From a bacterium (lineage in GTDB: Bacteria; Zhuqueibacterota; Zhuqueibacteria; Residuimicrobiales; Krinioviventaceae): DNA of 64,000 nucleotides. The position numbers and the translations under genes are program-made. The notes under the pieces were generated by a model. It had not been told where the DNA came from, ran no database searches, and worked only from the letters and a program-made list of their open reading frames with translations. Below are positions 10,682 to 20,048 of the stretch, piece by piece. The stretch lies in contig CAXXMD010000003.1 of NCBI GenBank assembly GCA_963675755.2, positions 3,264,001 to 3,328,000 of the forward strand, in the 5' to 3' direction. Positions within the stretch are counted from its first letter, which is position 1; every line of letters starts with the position of its first letter.

Positions 10682-11929
10682 ATGCAAATTGGAAAATATT
10701 CATTTGGAGTTGGTGACCGTTTTGGCCACCAGGGAAAAGCACAACTGGCAGCATTTGTTGAAGCTAAAAAACTGGGAGTAGAAATTTCACCGGTTTGGAA
10801 TAAATCATATCGTGAACATTCAACCATTCATACGAATCCCCAGGATACACGTGTTGAAGCAGATGAAGCTGTAAAAAGCTTAAACTGGGACGCTCCCTAT
10901 TATGTAGATGCCGATCATATTAATATGAACAATGTAGATGGTTTTATTGCTTTTAGTGATTTTTTTACTTTGGATGTAGCTGACTATATTGGTAAAAAAG
11001 CAGAAGATGATGCAATTCAGGCTTTTTACAAAAATAATGAAAAATATTTGGGCGCATTGAGCATTCCCGGTATTGATGAAACATTTGAGATCACCCAGGA
11101 ACAATTGATGGGAATTGGTGAAAAATATTTGTTTGCAGTACAGGAAGCCGGCCGAATTTATCGTCATATCCTGGAAACCAAAGGTAAAGATAATATGGTT
11201 ATTGAAGTTTCCATGGATGAAACCGACGAACCCCAGACTCCCGTTGAAATGTTTTTTATCCTTTCTGCCATTGCTGCAGAAGGTATTCCTGCACAGACTG
11301 TTGCACCCAAGTTTACGGGTCGTTTTAATAAAGGTGTGGATTATGTAGGAAACCTGGAACAGTTTACCAAAGAATTTGAACAGGACCTTGCTGTCGTTAG
11401 TTTTGCAGTTAAAGAATTTGGTATGCAGGAAAACTTGAAATTGAGCGTTCACTCGGGAAGTGACAAGTTTTCAATTTATGAACCTATCCGCAAAGCTCTC
11501 CGTAAATTTGATGCAGGACTGCACCTCAAAACCGCAGGCACAACCTGGTTGGAAGAATTGATTGGTCTGGCAATGGCGGGTGGTGAAGGTTTGGAACTTG
11601 CCAAAGATGTATACAGAGTTGCTTATGATCGTTTTGATGAATTGTGCAAACCTTATGCTACTGTAATTGATATTGATGTAGAGAAACTTCCTGCTCCTTC
11701 AGAAGTAGATGAATGGGATGGAGATATGTATTCGGAATCACTGCGTCATGATCAGAGTAATCCCCGTTATAATTTGCATTTCAGACAATTGCTGCATGTG
11801 GGTTACAAAGTAGCCGCAGAAAAAGGTGACGAGTATCTGGGTGCGTTAAAGAAATTCAGTGATATTGTTGCCAGGAACGTAACCGAGAATATTCTCGAAC
11901 GTCATGTTAAACCCCTGTTTCTTGATTGA
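10682..11929 (+). CDS. uxaE: D-tagaturonate/D-fructuronate epimerase (UxaE family)
   Basis: SFGVGDRF, VDADH, EVSMDET, APKFTGRFNKGVDY, KLSVHSGSDKFSIY, HLKTAGTTWLE, RQLLHVGYK. Confidence 0.88.
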   Translation: MQIGKYSFGVGDRFGHQGKAQLAAFVEAKKLGVEISPVWNKSYREHSTIHTNPQDTRVEADEAVKSLNWDAPYYVDADHINMNNVDGFIAFSDFFTLDVADYIGKKAEDDAIQAFYKNNEKYLGALSIPGIDETFEITQEQLMGIGEKYLFAVQEAGRIYRHILETKGKDNMVIEVSMDETDEPQTPVEMFFILSAIAAEGIPAQTVAPKFTGRFNKGVDYVGNLEQFTKEFEQDLAVVSFAVKEFGMQENLKLSVHSGSDKFSIYEPIRKALRKFDAGLHLKTAGTTWLEELIGLAMAGGEGLELAKDVYRVAYDRFDELCKPYATVIDIDVEKLPAPSEVDEWDGDMYSESLRHDQSNPRYNLHFRQLLHVGYKVAAEKGDEYLGALKKFSDIVARNVTENILERHVKPLFLD

Positions 11930-11949
11930 TATATTTTTGAGGTAAGAAT

Positions 11950-12984
11950 TTGAAATGCGCACAATTTCCGGGGGTGCGAAATATAGAACTAACTGACGTT
12001 GAACAACCCATCATTAAAAATGATGACGATGTTTTGATACGAGTGGGCTCAGTTGGAGTTTGTGGTTCGGACATCCACTATTATGTGGATGGCCGGATCG
12101 GTGATCAGATTATTGATTTTCCTTATGTTCCGGGTCACGAGTGTTCCGGAACTGTTGTGAAAACAGGAAAAAAAGTCAAACATATTAAACCAGGTGACAA
12201 GATTGCAGTTGAACCTGCGATCTCTTGTGGTAAATGCGATCAATGTCTGGCTGGACGTGAAAATACATGTCGCGAATTGAAATTTCTGGGGACTCCCGGA
12301 GAGTTGCGCGGCTGTATGACCGAATACCTTATCATGCCAGAACGGAACTGTTTTCTTTTACCTGCCGGTATGACCCTTGAACAGGGTGCTTTTGCTGAAC
12401 CCTTGTCTATATCCATTTATGGATTAAAGTATGTTCAGGAAATGACCGGTAAAAAGATGGCTATTCTTGGATCGGGTCCTATAGGCTTAACCGCTTTACT
12501 GGAAGCGCGTTTTAGAGGTGCTGAAACCCTGTATGTAACGGACAAGCTGGATAATAGACTGCTCACCGCTAAAAAGTGTGGGGCAGACTGGATCGGTAAT
12601 CCCGATGATGAAGATATTGTACAGGCCATCCTGGAAAAAGAACCTCTGGGACTGGATGTAGTTGCCGAGTGTTGTGGAAAGCAGGAAGCAATTGACCAGG
12701 CTGTAGAGTTGTTAAAGCCGGGAGGTATGCTGCTTTTAATCGGGATACCTACAGTCGATCGTATTTCTTTTAATATCAGCAGACTGCGCAGAAAAGAAAT
12801 AACCATACACAATGTACGCAGACAGAATGACTGTTTGGGATTGGCCGTTGAGCGAATTTACAAGGGACAGGTAAAAATTGATTCCTTGATTACACATTCA
12901 GGACATTTGTCTCAAACAAAAGAATTTTATGATATGGTTGCTGATTACCAGGATGGTGTAATCAAGGCCATGATTACTATATAA
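11950..12984 (+). CDS. Zn-dependent MDR sugar-alcohol/sugar-acid dehydrogenase (L-iditol/L-idonate dehydrogenase-like)
   Basis: GVCGSDIH, GHE, CGKCDQC..C structural zinc site, GSGPIG. Confidence 0.85.
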   Translation: MKCAQFPGVRNIELTDVEQPIIKNDDDVLIRVGSVGVCGSDIHYYVDGRIGDQIIDFPYVPGHECSGTVVKTGKKVKHIKPGDKIAVEPAISCGKCDQCLAGRENTCRELKFLGTPGELRGCMTEYLIMPERNCFLLPAGMTLEQGAFAEPLSISIYGLKYVQEMTGKKMAILGSGPIGLTALLEARFRGAETLYVTDKLDNRLLTAKKCGADWIGNPDDEDIVQAILEKEPLGLDVVAECCGKQEAIDQAVELLKPGGMLLLIGIPTVDRISFNISRLRRKEITIHNVRRQNDCLGLAVERIYKGQVKIDSLITHSGHLSQTKEFYDMVADYQDGVIKAMITI

Positions 12985-12991
12985 GTTTATT

Positions 12992-13029
12992 TTCCCAATA
13001 ATTGTTTTTTGATTATTGGGAATTTTTTT
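12992..13029 (+). terminator. probable intrinsic terminator
   Basis: TTCCCAATAATT...GATTATTGGGAA stem followed by a T run, just after the stop at 12984. Confidence 0.55.
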
Positions 13030-13037
13030 ATATTTTT

Positions 13038-13052
13038 ACTTACTCGAGTAAT
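13038..13052. promoter_or_regulatory. second putative LacI-family operator (TTACTCGAGTAA)
   Basis: 12-bp perfect palindrome at 13040-13051, downstream of TATATT (13029-13034) and upstream of the aldo/keto reductase. Confidence 0.6.
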
Positions 13053-13082
13053 TGATCGGGTAATTAGCAGTAAGGATGATGT

Positions 13083-14123
13083 ATGCAGTACAACTCTCTC
13101 GGTAATTCCGGGATATCTATACCACCCATTATTTTTGGTACCAGTTGTCTTGGGAATTTGTACCAGGCACTGAGTTATGAAACCAAATTCAAGATCATAA
13201 ATGCTATTTACGAGCAGATGGATGGTACATTGGTGCTGGATAGTGCCGGTAAATATGGTGCGGGCTTGGCACTTGAAGTCATTGGGCAGGGATTGGATGA
13301 TCTCAACATAACGGATAAAGCAATTATCAGCAATAAACTGGGTTGGATCCGTACACCGTTAAAAATACCCGAGCCTACATTTGAACCGGGTGCCTGGATT
13401 GGCCTGGAAAATGATGCTGAGCAAAAAATTAGTTATGATGGTATATTAGAATGCTGGGAGCAGGGTTGTGAATTGCTGGGTGGCAGACAACCGCAGATCG
13501 TTTCAGTACACGATCCAGATGAATATTTAGCCCCGGCAAAGAATGAAAAAGAACGAATAGACCGATTCAATGATATTTTGCAAGCCTACCGAGGTCTTGA
13601 AGAATTGCGCAAAGAAGGTAAAACCTCCGCAGTGGGTGTAGGCGCAAAAGACTGGCATGTAATACGTGATATAGTGGAACAAGTGGATCTGGATTGGGTC
13701 ATGCTGGCTGTGAGTTTTACCATATATACCCATCCACAAGAGATGCTCAATTTTCTGGATGAACTGCAAAAACGCAATATTGCGGTAATCAATTCAGCGG
13801 TATTTCATGCCGGATTCCTGACCGGTGGTAAATACTTTGATTATCAGATATTGAATGAGCAAATCCCGGAACATAAACATTATTTTGAATGGCGGGAGCG
13901 GTTTTTCTCTCTTTGTAAAGAATATCATGTACTGCCTGCTGATGTGTGTGTGCAGTTTGGAATGTCTCATCCCGCCGTTGTGAGTATTGCCTTAAATACC
14001 AGCAAACCGGAGCGAGTGGAACAGAATATTCGTTCGGTTTCAGCAGAAATTCCCAATTCGTTTTGGGCAGCAATGAAAGAAAATGGTTTGATTGATAAAG
14101 CATATCCCTATTTAGCCAATTGA
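13083..14123 (+). CDS. aldo/keto reductase, D-threo-aldose 1-dehydrogenase type (L-fucose/L-galactose dehydrogenase)
   Basis: FGTSCLGNLY, DSAGKYGAG, ISNKLG, SVHDPD, GVG, AVFHAGFL. Adjacent to a lactonase. Confidence 0.8.
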   Translation: MQYNSLGNSGISIPPIIFGTSCLGNLYQALSYETKFKIINAIYEQMDGTLVLDSAGKYGAGLALEVIGQGLDDLNITDKAIISNKLGWIRTPLKIPEPTFEPGAWIGLENDAEQKISYDGILECWEQGCELLGGRQPQIVSVHDPDEYLAPAKNEKERIDRFNDILQAYRGLEELRKEGKTSAVGVGAKDWHVIRDIVEQVDLDWVMLAVSFTIYTHPQEMLNFLDELQKRNIAVINSAVFHAGFLTGGKYFDYQILNEQIPEHKHYFEWRERFFSLCKEYHVLPADVCVQFGMSHPAVVSIALNTSKPERVEQNIRSVSAEIPNSFWAAMKENGLIDKAYPYLAN

Positions 14124-14128
14124 GATGA

Positions 14129-14965
14129 ATGATGAAGATACTTGATTCACACCAACATTTTTGGAAATACTCTCTATCGGAATATGGCTGGATTGATGAC
14201 AGCATGCAGGTGTTGAAACGCGATTTTTTGCCGCAAGACCTTGCCGCTGTTTATGCAGAAAATAATGTACATGGATGTATCGCCGTACAGGCAAGACAAA
14301 CACTTGAAGAAACCCAATGGTTGTTGGAGCTTGCTGAAAAGAATCCTTTTATTTTGGGTGTTGTTGGCTGGGTTGATCTTGTCAGCGAAAATGTTGATGA
14401 ACAATTGGAATCCTTTGCAGAATCAAAAAGTGCTGTTGGAGTTCGGCATGTTTTGCAGGACGAACCGGATGACCGGTTCATGCTGCAAGATGATTTTCTA
14501 CGTGGTATCAGCCTGATCGAAAAATACGGGTTGGTGTATGATATACTGGTTTTTCCCCGTCATTTACCATTTGCCTGTGAGTTGGTCAAACAGTTTCCTG
14601 AACAACAATTTGTGCTGGATCATATTGCTAAACCATTGATCAAAGACGGAATATTAGAGCCCTGGGCTGAGAATATTCAAAAGCTTGCGCAATATTCCAA
14701 TGTATCGTGCAAAGTTTCCGGAATGGTTACCGAAGCCGATTGGCATAATTGGACAGTTCAGGATTTTGAACCGTATATGGATGTTGTGTTTAAGGCGTTT
14801 GGTCCGGACCGAATTTTGTTTGGCTCGGATTGGCCGGTTTGTACAGTAGCCGGAAAGTATAAAGATATTTTGAATATAATTAAATCGTATTGTAATCCGT
14901 TGAATGTCTCGGAGCAGATCAAAGTCTTTGCTGGCAATGCGGAAAGAATATATAGAATAAAGTAA
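14129..14965 (+). CDS. amidohydrolase-family sugar lactonase (L-fucono-/L-galactono-1,5-lactonase)
   Basis: DSHQHFW, VQA, GVRH, VLDHIAKP, CKVSG, FGSDWPVC. Confidence 0.88.
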   Translation: MMKILDSHQHFWKYSLSEYGWIDDSMQVLKRDFLPQDLAAVYAENNVHGCIAVQARQTLEETQWLLELAEKNPFILGVVGWVDLVSENVDEQLESFAESKSAVGVRHVLQDEPDDRFMLQDDFLRGISLIEKYGLVYDILVFPRHLPFACELVKQFPEQQFVLDHIAKPLIKDGILEPWAENIQKLAQYSNVSCKVSGMVTEADWHNWTVQDFEPYMDVVFKAFGPDRILFGSDWPVCTVAGKYKDILNIIKSYCNPLNVSEQIKVFAGNAERIYRIK

Positions 14966-14977
14966 CAGGAGAATATA

Positions 14978-16033
14978 ATGTCAAATAGTATGAAAGCAGC
15001 GGTTTTAACCGAATATAAAAATATAGAATGGAAAACCATACCCGTGCCGGAGATCAGTGATGAAGAAGTGTTGATCCATGTAAGTTATGGCGGTATCTGC
15101 GGAAGTGACCAGCACATCTTTTTAGGCGAATTTGCACCGCGTACATCCACACCTCTTGTTCAGGGCCATGAATTTGGTGGAACTGTAACCAAGGTGGGAG
15201 ATAAAGTAACCGGATTCAGGGAAGGAGACCGTGTTGTAGTTGACCCCATTATTCCATGTGGGGAATGCGGTGCGTGTAAGGTTAAGCATTATCCCGCCTG
15301 TACCACATTAAAGCTGGTTGGAGTAGATCTTGATGGCGGCTTTGCTGAATATGTCAAAGTACATGAAAGCATGGTCTACAAGATTTCTGATAAAATATCA
15401 GACCGACATTCGGCACTGGTTGAACTTTTTTCAATTGGTTTTCATGCCAGCAATCGTTCCGGCATTCAGGCGGGACAGTCGGCATTGATCTGGGGTGGTG
15501 GACGTGTAGGTCAATGCATTATGCAGGCCGCACGTACAATAACCGACAAGCCCCTCTTTGTGGTTGATGTATTAGACAAGCGTCTGGAAATTACCAAATC
15601 AACCTGTAAAGATATTACAGTCATTAATCCCCTCAAGGAGAATCCTGTTGATGTGGTTATGGAAGCTACAGGCGGTATGGGTGTAGATGTCGCCTTTGAA
15701 GCAGTAGGACATGGAAAGCATCTGGAGAATGTGCCGGATCCGGTTTTGGGATGTGTAAAGTCCATTCGAGGTGGCGGAACCATCTGTGTATTGGGATTGT
15801 CAGATGAACCGGTACCCCTGGTGATGAAACATATTATCTGGAAAGAAGCAAAGCTTATAGCTTCCCGCGTAAGCCACGGTGAGTTTAAAGAAGCCATTGA
15901 ACATATGGACAAAGGTGATCTGAATCCTGAAGCATTGATCTCTGCAGAATTTGGCGGTGATCAGGCACAACATGCTTTTGAAGTCCTTGCCAAAGAACCG
16001 CAAAATTATCTCAAAGTGTTGTTAAAGTTTTAA
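14978..16033 (+). CDS. Zn-dependent MDR dehydrogenase (L-galactonate/L-gulonate 5-dehydrogenase-like)
   Basis: GICGSDQH, GHEFGG, CGECGAC..C, DGGFAEY, C-terminal ASR motif and KVLLKF. Substrate is inferred from context. Confidence 0.75.
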   Translation: MSNSMKAAVLTEYKNIEWKTIPVPEISDEEVLIHVSYGGICGSDQHIFLGEFAPRTSTPLVQGHEFGGTVTKVGDKVTGFREGDRVVVDPIIPCGECGACKVKHYPACTTLKLVGVDLDGGFAEYVKVHESMVYKISDKISDRHSALVELFSIGFHASNRSGIQAGQSALIWGGGRVGQCIMQAARTITDKPLFVVDVLDKRLEITKSTCKDITVINPLKENPVDVVMEATGGMGVDVAFEAVGHGKHLENVPDPVLGCVKSIRGGGTICVLGLSDEPVPLVMKHIIWKEAKLIASRVSHGEFKEAIEHMDKGDLNPEALISAEFGGDQAQHAFEVLAKEPQNYLKVLLKF

Positions 16034-16046
16034 TATCAGGAAATCT

Positions 16047-16448
16047 ATGATAAAAACATTCAAACGCTATTGTAAGACGTTAGAACTGGTTGATGATTCT
16101 CAATTAATTAAAGAATACAAGAAACGTCATGCAATGGGTGAAGCCTGGCCGCAAGTAACAGAAGGTATGAAATCTGTAGGTATTCTGGATATGGAGATTT
16201 ATATTAATGGAACAACTCTGTTTATGATTATGGATACCAAAGTAGATTTCGATCACGATGCCGCTATGGAAACCCTTGCTGGTTTACCCGGACAGGCAGA
16301 ATGGGAAGCATATATGTCTGATTTTCAAAAGACAGTCAAAGGTTCTTCGGCAAAAGAAAAGTGGAAGTTGATGGAACGCATCTATAAAATGGACCAGGAT
16401 GCAGAGTATAAAGCAGCAGACGGACAAGTGGAGATTTTTAATATTTAA
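16047..16448 (+). CDS. L-rhamnose/L-fucose mutarotase family protein
   Basis: EYKKRH..WP, GILDMEIY, LFMIM, WE.YM, KWKLMERIY. Confidence 0.85.
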   Translation: MIKTFKRYCKTLELVDDSQLIKEYKKRHAMGEAWPQVTEGMKSVGILDMEIYINGTTLFMIMDTKVDFDHDAAMETLAGLPGQAEWEAYMSDFQKTVKGSSAKEKWKLMERIYKMDQDAEYKAADGQVEIFNI

Positions 16449-16471
16449 TACTGTATTGAAAGGGTAAAGAG

Positions 16472-17812
16472 ATGACAAATGCAGCTGCAGATCCGGTAAC
16501 GAGTAATAATAAAGAGACCGTCATTCCCAAAGAGTTTTTTTTCTCTTTTGTATTGGTGACGAGTTTGTTTGCACTATGGGGTTTTGCCAACGATATTACG
16601 AACCCTATGGTTGCGGCATTTAAAACCATTCTGTTAACCAGCCATTTTCAAAGTTCTCTGGTACAGTTTGCATTTTATGGCGGCTATTGTGTTATGGCAA
16701 TTCCGGCAGCTCTTTTTATTAAACGATTTACCTACAAAAGCGGTATTCTTGTGGGACTGGGACTTTACTCGTTGGGTGCCTTGTTGTTTTTACCTTCCAG
16801 TATGCTTGTAGCGTTTTGGGCATTTTTACTCTCTTATTTTATTCTGACATGCGGTTTGTCATTTTTGGAGACCAGCTCTAATCCTTACATTTTGTCAATG
16901 GGACCGGAAGAGACATCTACACGCCGTTTGAATTTTGCCCAGGCATTCAATCCCTTAGGTTCACTTACGGGTATGTTTATCGCCCAGCAGTTTATTCTGG
17001 CTCGTCTTGATGTTCGATCTGATGAAGAACGACAGCTCTTATTAGAAACAGCGCCAGATAAATTCAGAGCATTGCAGCTAAGTGATTTGGCAATACTCAG
17101 AACTCCCTACATTATTATTGGTTTGATTGTGTTGGTGTTTTTTCTGATATTTTTATTTACGCGTTTGCCGAAAACCAAAGGTGAAGAAGGCACTTCTCTG
17201 GATTTGAAACCGACACTGAAAAGATTGGGTGCAAACAAGAAATATGTTGAAGGCGTAATAGCCCAGGCGTTTTATGTGGGTGTTCAGATTATGTGCTGGA
17301 CTTTTATTATTCAATATGCCATGAATGAGCTGGGTATGACCAAAGATGCCGCACAGGGTTATAATATTATCGCTATGATCATTTTCTGTTCAAGCCGCTT
17401 TATCTGTACCTATTTGTTGAAATATTTTAGTCCCGGTGGTTTATTGATGAACCTGGCCGTTGCCGGATTGGTTTTGATTCTAGGCACTATATTTATAAAA
17501 GGTATGATCGGCTTATATTGTTTGATTGGTGTATCTGCCTGCATGTCTCTCATGTTTCCTACAATTTATGGTATTGCATTGAAAGGCCTGGGAGATGATG
17601 CCAAGTTGGGCGCTGCGGGTTTGATTGTTGCCATTGGTGGTGGTTCAATAATGCCGCCAATGCAGGCAGCAATAATGGATATGAATGATTTTAATCTCGG
17701 GTTTATGACATTGTCCAGTACGCGGGCATCTTTTGTATTACCGTTGATCTGTTTTGTGGTTATTGCAATATATGGATTTAGAGCTTCATTGATACATGGA
17801 CATAAATATTAA
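16472..17812 (+). CDS. fucP: MFS L-fucose:H+ symporter family permease
   Basis: SLFALWGFA, VQFAFYGGY, FLETSSNPY, RLNFAQAFNPLG, FYVGVQI, SLMFPTIY; about 12 hydrophobic segments. Confidence 0.88.
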   Translation: MTNAAADPVTSNNKETVIPKEFFFSFVLVTSLFALWGFANDITNPMVAAFKTILLTSHFQSSLVQFAFYGGYCVMAIPAALFIKRFTYKSGILVGLGLYSLGALLFLPSSMLVAFWAFLLSYFILTCGLSFLETSSNPYILSMGPEETSTRRLNFAQAFNPLGSLTGMFIAQQFILARLDVRSDEERQLLLETAPDKFRALQLSDLAILRTPYIIIGLIVLVFFLIFLFTRLPKTKGEEGTSLDLKPTLKRLGANKKYVEGVIAQAFYVGVQIMCWTFIIQYAMNELGMTKDAAQGYNIIAMIIFCSSRFICTYLLKYFSPGGLLMNLAVAGLVLILGTIFIKGMIGLYCLIGVSACMSLMFPTIYGIALKGLGDDAKLGAAGLIVAIGGGSIMPPMQAAIMDMNDFNLGFMTLSSTRASFVLPLICFVVIAIYGFRASLIHGHKY

Positions 17813-19242
17813 TGAGCATGAATCGAAGACAGTTTATTCGGAGGTTGGGTCAGGCAGCCGGATTCATGGGACTATCCGGCTGCTCCTTTAATTCACCGAT
17901 ATCTAACAAGCCCAATGTGCTGTTTATTTTTGCGGATGATCAGGCATTTGATACGATCAATGCATTGGGCTATGACGAGGTGCAAACACCAAATCTTGAT
18001 CGTCTTGTAAAGAGCGGTGTTACGTTTACCCATGCCTATAATCAGGGTGCCTGGCATGGTGCAGTCTGTGTAGCCAGCAGAACCATGCTCAATACAGGCA
18101 GGTTTTTATGGGATGCACAAAAACTGGAACCGGAACTGAAACAGGAACAAAAGAATGGACGGTTTTGGTCCCAATATATGAAATCTGCCGGATACGAAAC
18201 CTATATGAGTGGCAAATGGCATGTTAAAGATATTAAACCACAGAATATCTTTGATCATGTTCTGGATGTGAGGCCCGGTATGCCCAATCAAACTCCTGAA
18301 GGTTATAACCGCCCCCATAAGGGTAAAGAGGATGTCTGGAAACCCTGGGATACCAGCAGAGAAGGATATTGGAAAGGTGGAAAACATTGGAGTGAAGTTC
18401 TGGGTGATAATGCAGAAAAGTTTATTAATGATGCCCGGAATAAAGAGAATCCCTTTTTTATGTATCTGGCGTTTAACGCACCTCACGATCCCCGCCAGTC
18501 TCCCAAAGAATTTGTAGATAAATATCCGGTTGAAGAAATAACAATTCCGGAAAACTATCTGGATGAATATCCTTACAAAGATGCCATGGGTTGCGGTAAG
18601 AACCTTCGGGATGAGCGACTGGCTCCTTTTCCCCGCACAGAGTACGCTGTGCAAGTCCATCGGCAAGAGTATTATGCAATAATTACCCATATGGACAAGC
18701 AGGTTGGCCGTATTCTGGATGCGCTTGAAGCATCAGGTAAAGCAGATAATACCGTAATATTTTTTACTGCTGATCATGGATTGGCAATTGGTCATCATGG
18801 ATTGATGGGAAAACAAAACATGTTTGACCACAGTGTGAGGGTACCTCTTTTTGTTTCCGGCAAAGAGATTCCTCAGAATGTAAGAATTGATACTCCTGTG
18901 TATTTGCAGGATATTATGCCGTCAGCTCTTGATATTGCGGGAATTGTACAACCGGAGCAGGTCCGTTTCAAGAGTTTGATGCCGCTATTGGATGGAAAGC
19001 AGCATGACCATTATGACAGTATCTATGGTGGTTATATGAATTTACAACGGATGATTTGTGATGGAAAATATAAACTCATCTATTATCCGGAGATTGAAAA
19101 ATACATTTTGTATGATTTGGTTAATGATCCGCTTGAAATGAATAATATTGCCGATGATCCTGCTTTTGCTACCGTAATGAAAAGACTGCAAAAACAAATG
19201 TTGAATAAACGAATTGAATATGGTGATCCCGCATTGGATTAG
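17812..19242 (+). CDS. S1 sulfatase, Tat lipoprotein
   Basis: NRRQFI Tat motif with LSGC lipobox; PNVLFIFADDQ, CVASRTMLNTG (CxAxR), GKWH, APHDP, ADHG, GKQNMFDHSVRVP. Confidence 0.92.
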   Translation: MSMNRRQFIRRLGQAAGFMGLSGCSFNSPISNKPNVLFIFADDQAFDTINALGYDEVQTPNLDRLVKSGVTFTHAYNQGAWHGAVCVASRTMLNTGRFLWDAQKLEPELKQEQKNGRFWSQYMKSAGYETYMSGKWHVKDIKPQNIFDHVLDVRPGMPNQTPEGYNRPHKGKEDVWKPWDTSREGYWKGGKHWSEVLGDNAEKFINDARNKENPFFMYLAFNAPHDPRQSPKEFVDKYPVEEITIPENYLDEYPYKDAMGCGKNLRDERLAPFPRTEYAVQVHRQEYYAIITHMDKQVGRILDALEASGKADNTVIFFTADHGLAIGHHGLMGKQNMFDHSVRVPLFVSGKEIPQNVRIDTPVYLQDIMPSALDIAGIVQPEQVRFKSLMPLLDGKQHDHYDSIYGGYMNLQRMICDGKYKLIYYPEIEKYILYDLVNDPLEMNNIADDPAFATVMKRLQKQMLNKRIEYGDPALD

Positions 19243-19273
19243 GGTGATGATGCAGATTGCCTATTAATTCTAG

Positions 19274-19303
19274 AGGACCAGTTGGGTAGGCTGGTCCTTT
19301 TTT
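19274..19303 (+). terminator. intrinsic terminator
   Basis: AGGACCAGTT/GGCTGGTCCT stem followed by a T run. Confidence 0.65.
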
Positions 19304-19362
19304 ATTTGTATTCATGTTTTGAAAATTGTATTTTAAATAGATACTATGATGGAGGATATGCA

Positions 19363-20034
19363 ATGATAGAAAAAATACTACTCGCTCTTTCCCTGGTCCT
19401 CTTTTTTACTCTATATAGTCGAAATACCCAGGCCGCAACCTTTTTAACAATTGGTGATTCTAATGGTGCCAGTGAACATGGCTGGGTTGTTCAATTGCAA
19501 AAAGTTTATCCGGATGTCAGAATTATTAACCGGTCTATTAGCGGAAATACAATTGGTTTTGACAACAATGGCGATCCCGGATTGAATACCTTGCGCAAGA
19601 TAGATCAATATCTTTCTACGGCCGTTCAAGACGCCAAACCGGAAAAGATTGATAAAATTTTAATCTGTCTGGGAACCAATGATTGTAAAGCCGTATTTGC
19701 CGACAGTTTGGCCAAAGTTCCGGATAATATGAGGCAGTTGATTGAAAAAATACGTTCATTTTATAATGAAAACAGTCCCGAAATTATTATTGTTTCTCCA
19801 CCGCCTTACGGCCCTGACCGCATATTGAAAGAAAAATACCATGGTGGAGATTCACGTGTTAAAGTCTTGACCTATTTATTCAGGGCTTTGGCTAAAGAAA
19901 TGAATTGTGGATTTGTTAATATTTACTCTGTCCTGGAACCTGTTTATGAACAGTATGCACCGGATGGTGTTCATATGAAAGCTGAAGTACAAATGATTAT
20001 AGCAAAAACCATTCAAGATTATTTGGATAAATAA
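19363..20034 (+). CDS. SGNH/GDSL hydrolase (putative carbohydrate esterase), secreted
   Basis: GDSN block I, SG block II, LGTND block III, DGVH block V. Start moved to ATG 19363 after GGAGG, because the ORF-track start lies inside the terminator. Confidence 0.85.
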   Translation: MIEKILLALSLVLFFTLYSRNTQAATFLTIGDSNGASEHGWVVQLQKVYPDVRIINRSISGNTIGFDNNGDPGLNTLRKIDQYLSTAVQDAKPEKIDKILICLGTNDCKAVFADSLAKVPDNMRQLIEKIRSFYNENSPEIIIVSPPPYGPDRILKEKYHGGDSRVKVLTYLFRALAKEMNCGFVNIYSVLEPVYEQYAPDGVHMKAEVQMIIAKTIQDYLDK

Positions 20035-20048
20035 AAAGGGAGTCTCTT

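Noticed and set aside
10880-11452. 190-aa antisense ORF within uxaE
   Set aside because: Shadow of a conserved sense gene; no recognisable motifs.
19282-19362. N-terminal extension of the GDSL ORF from the ORF track
   Set aside because: Begins inside a terminator hairpin; GGAGG plus ATG 19363 gives a normal signal peptide.
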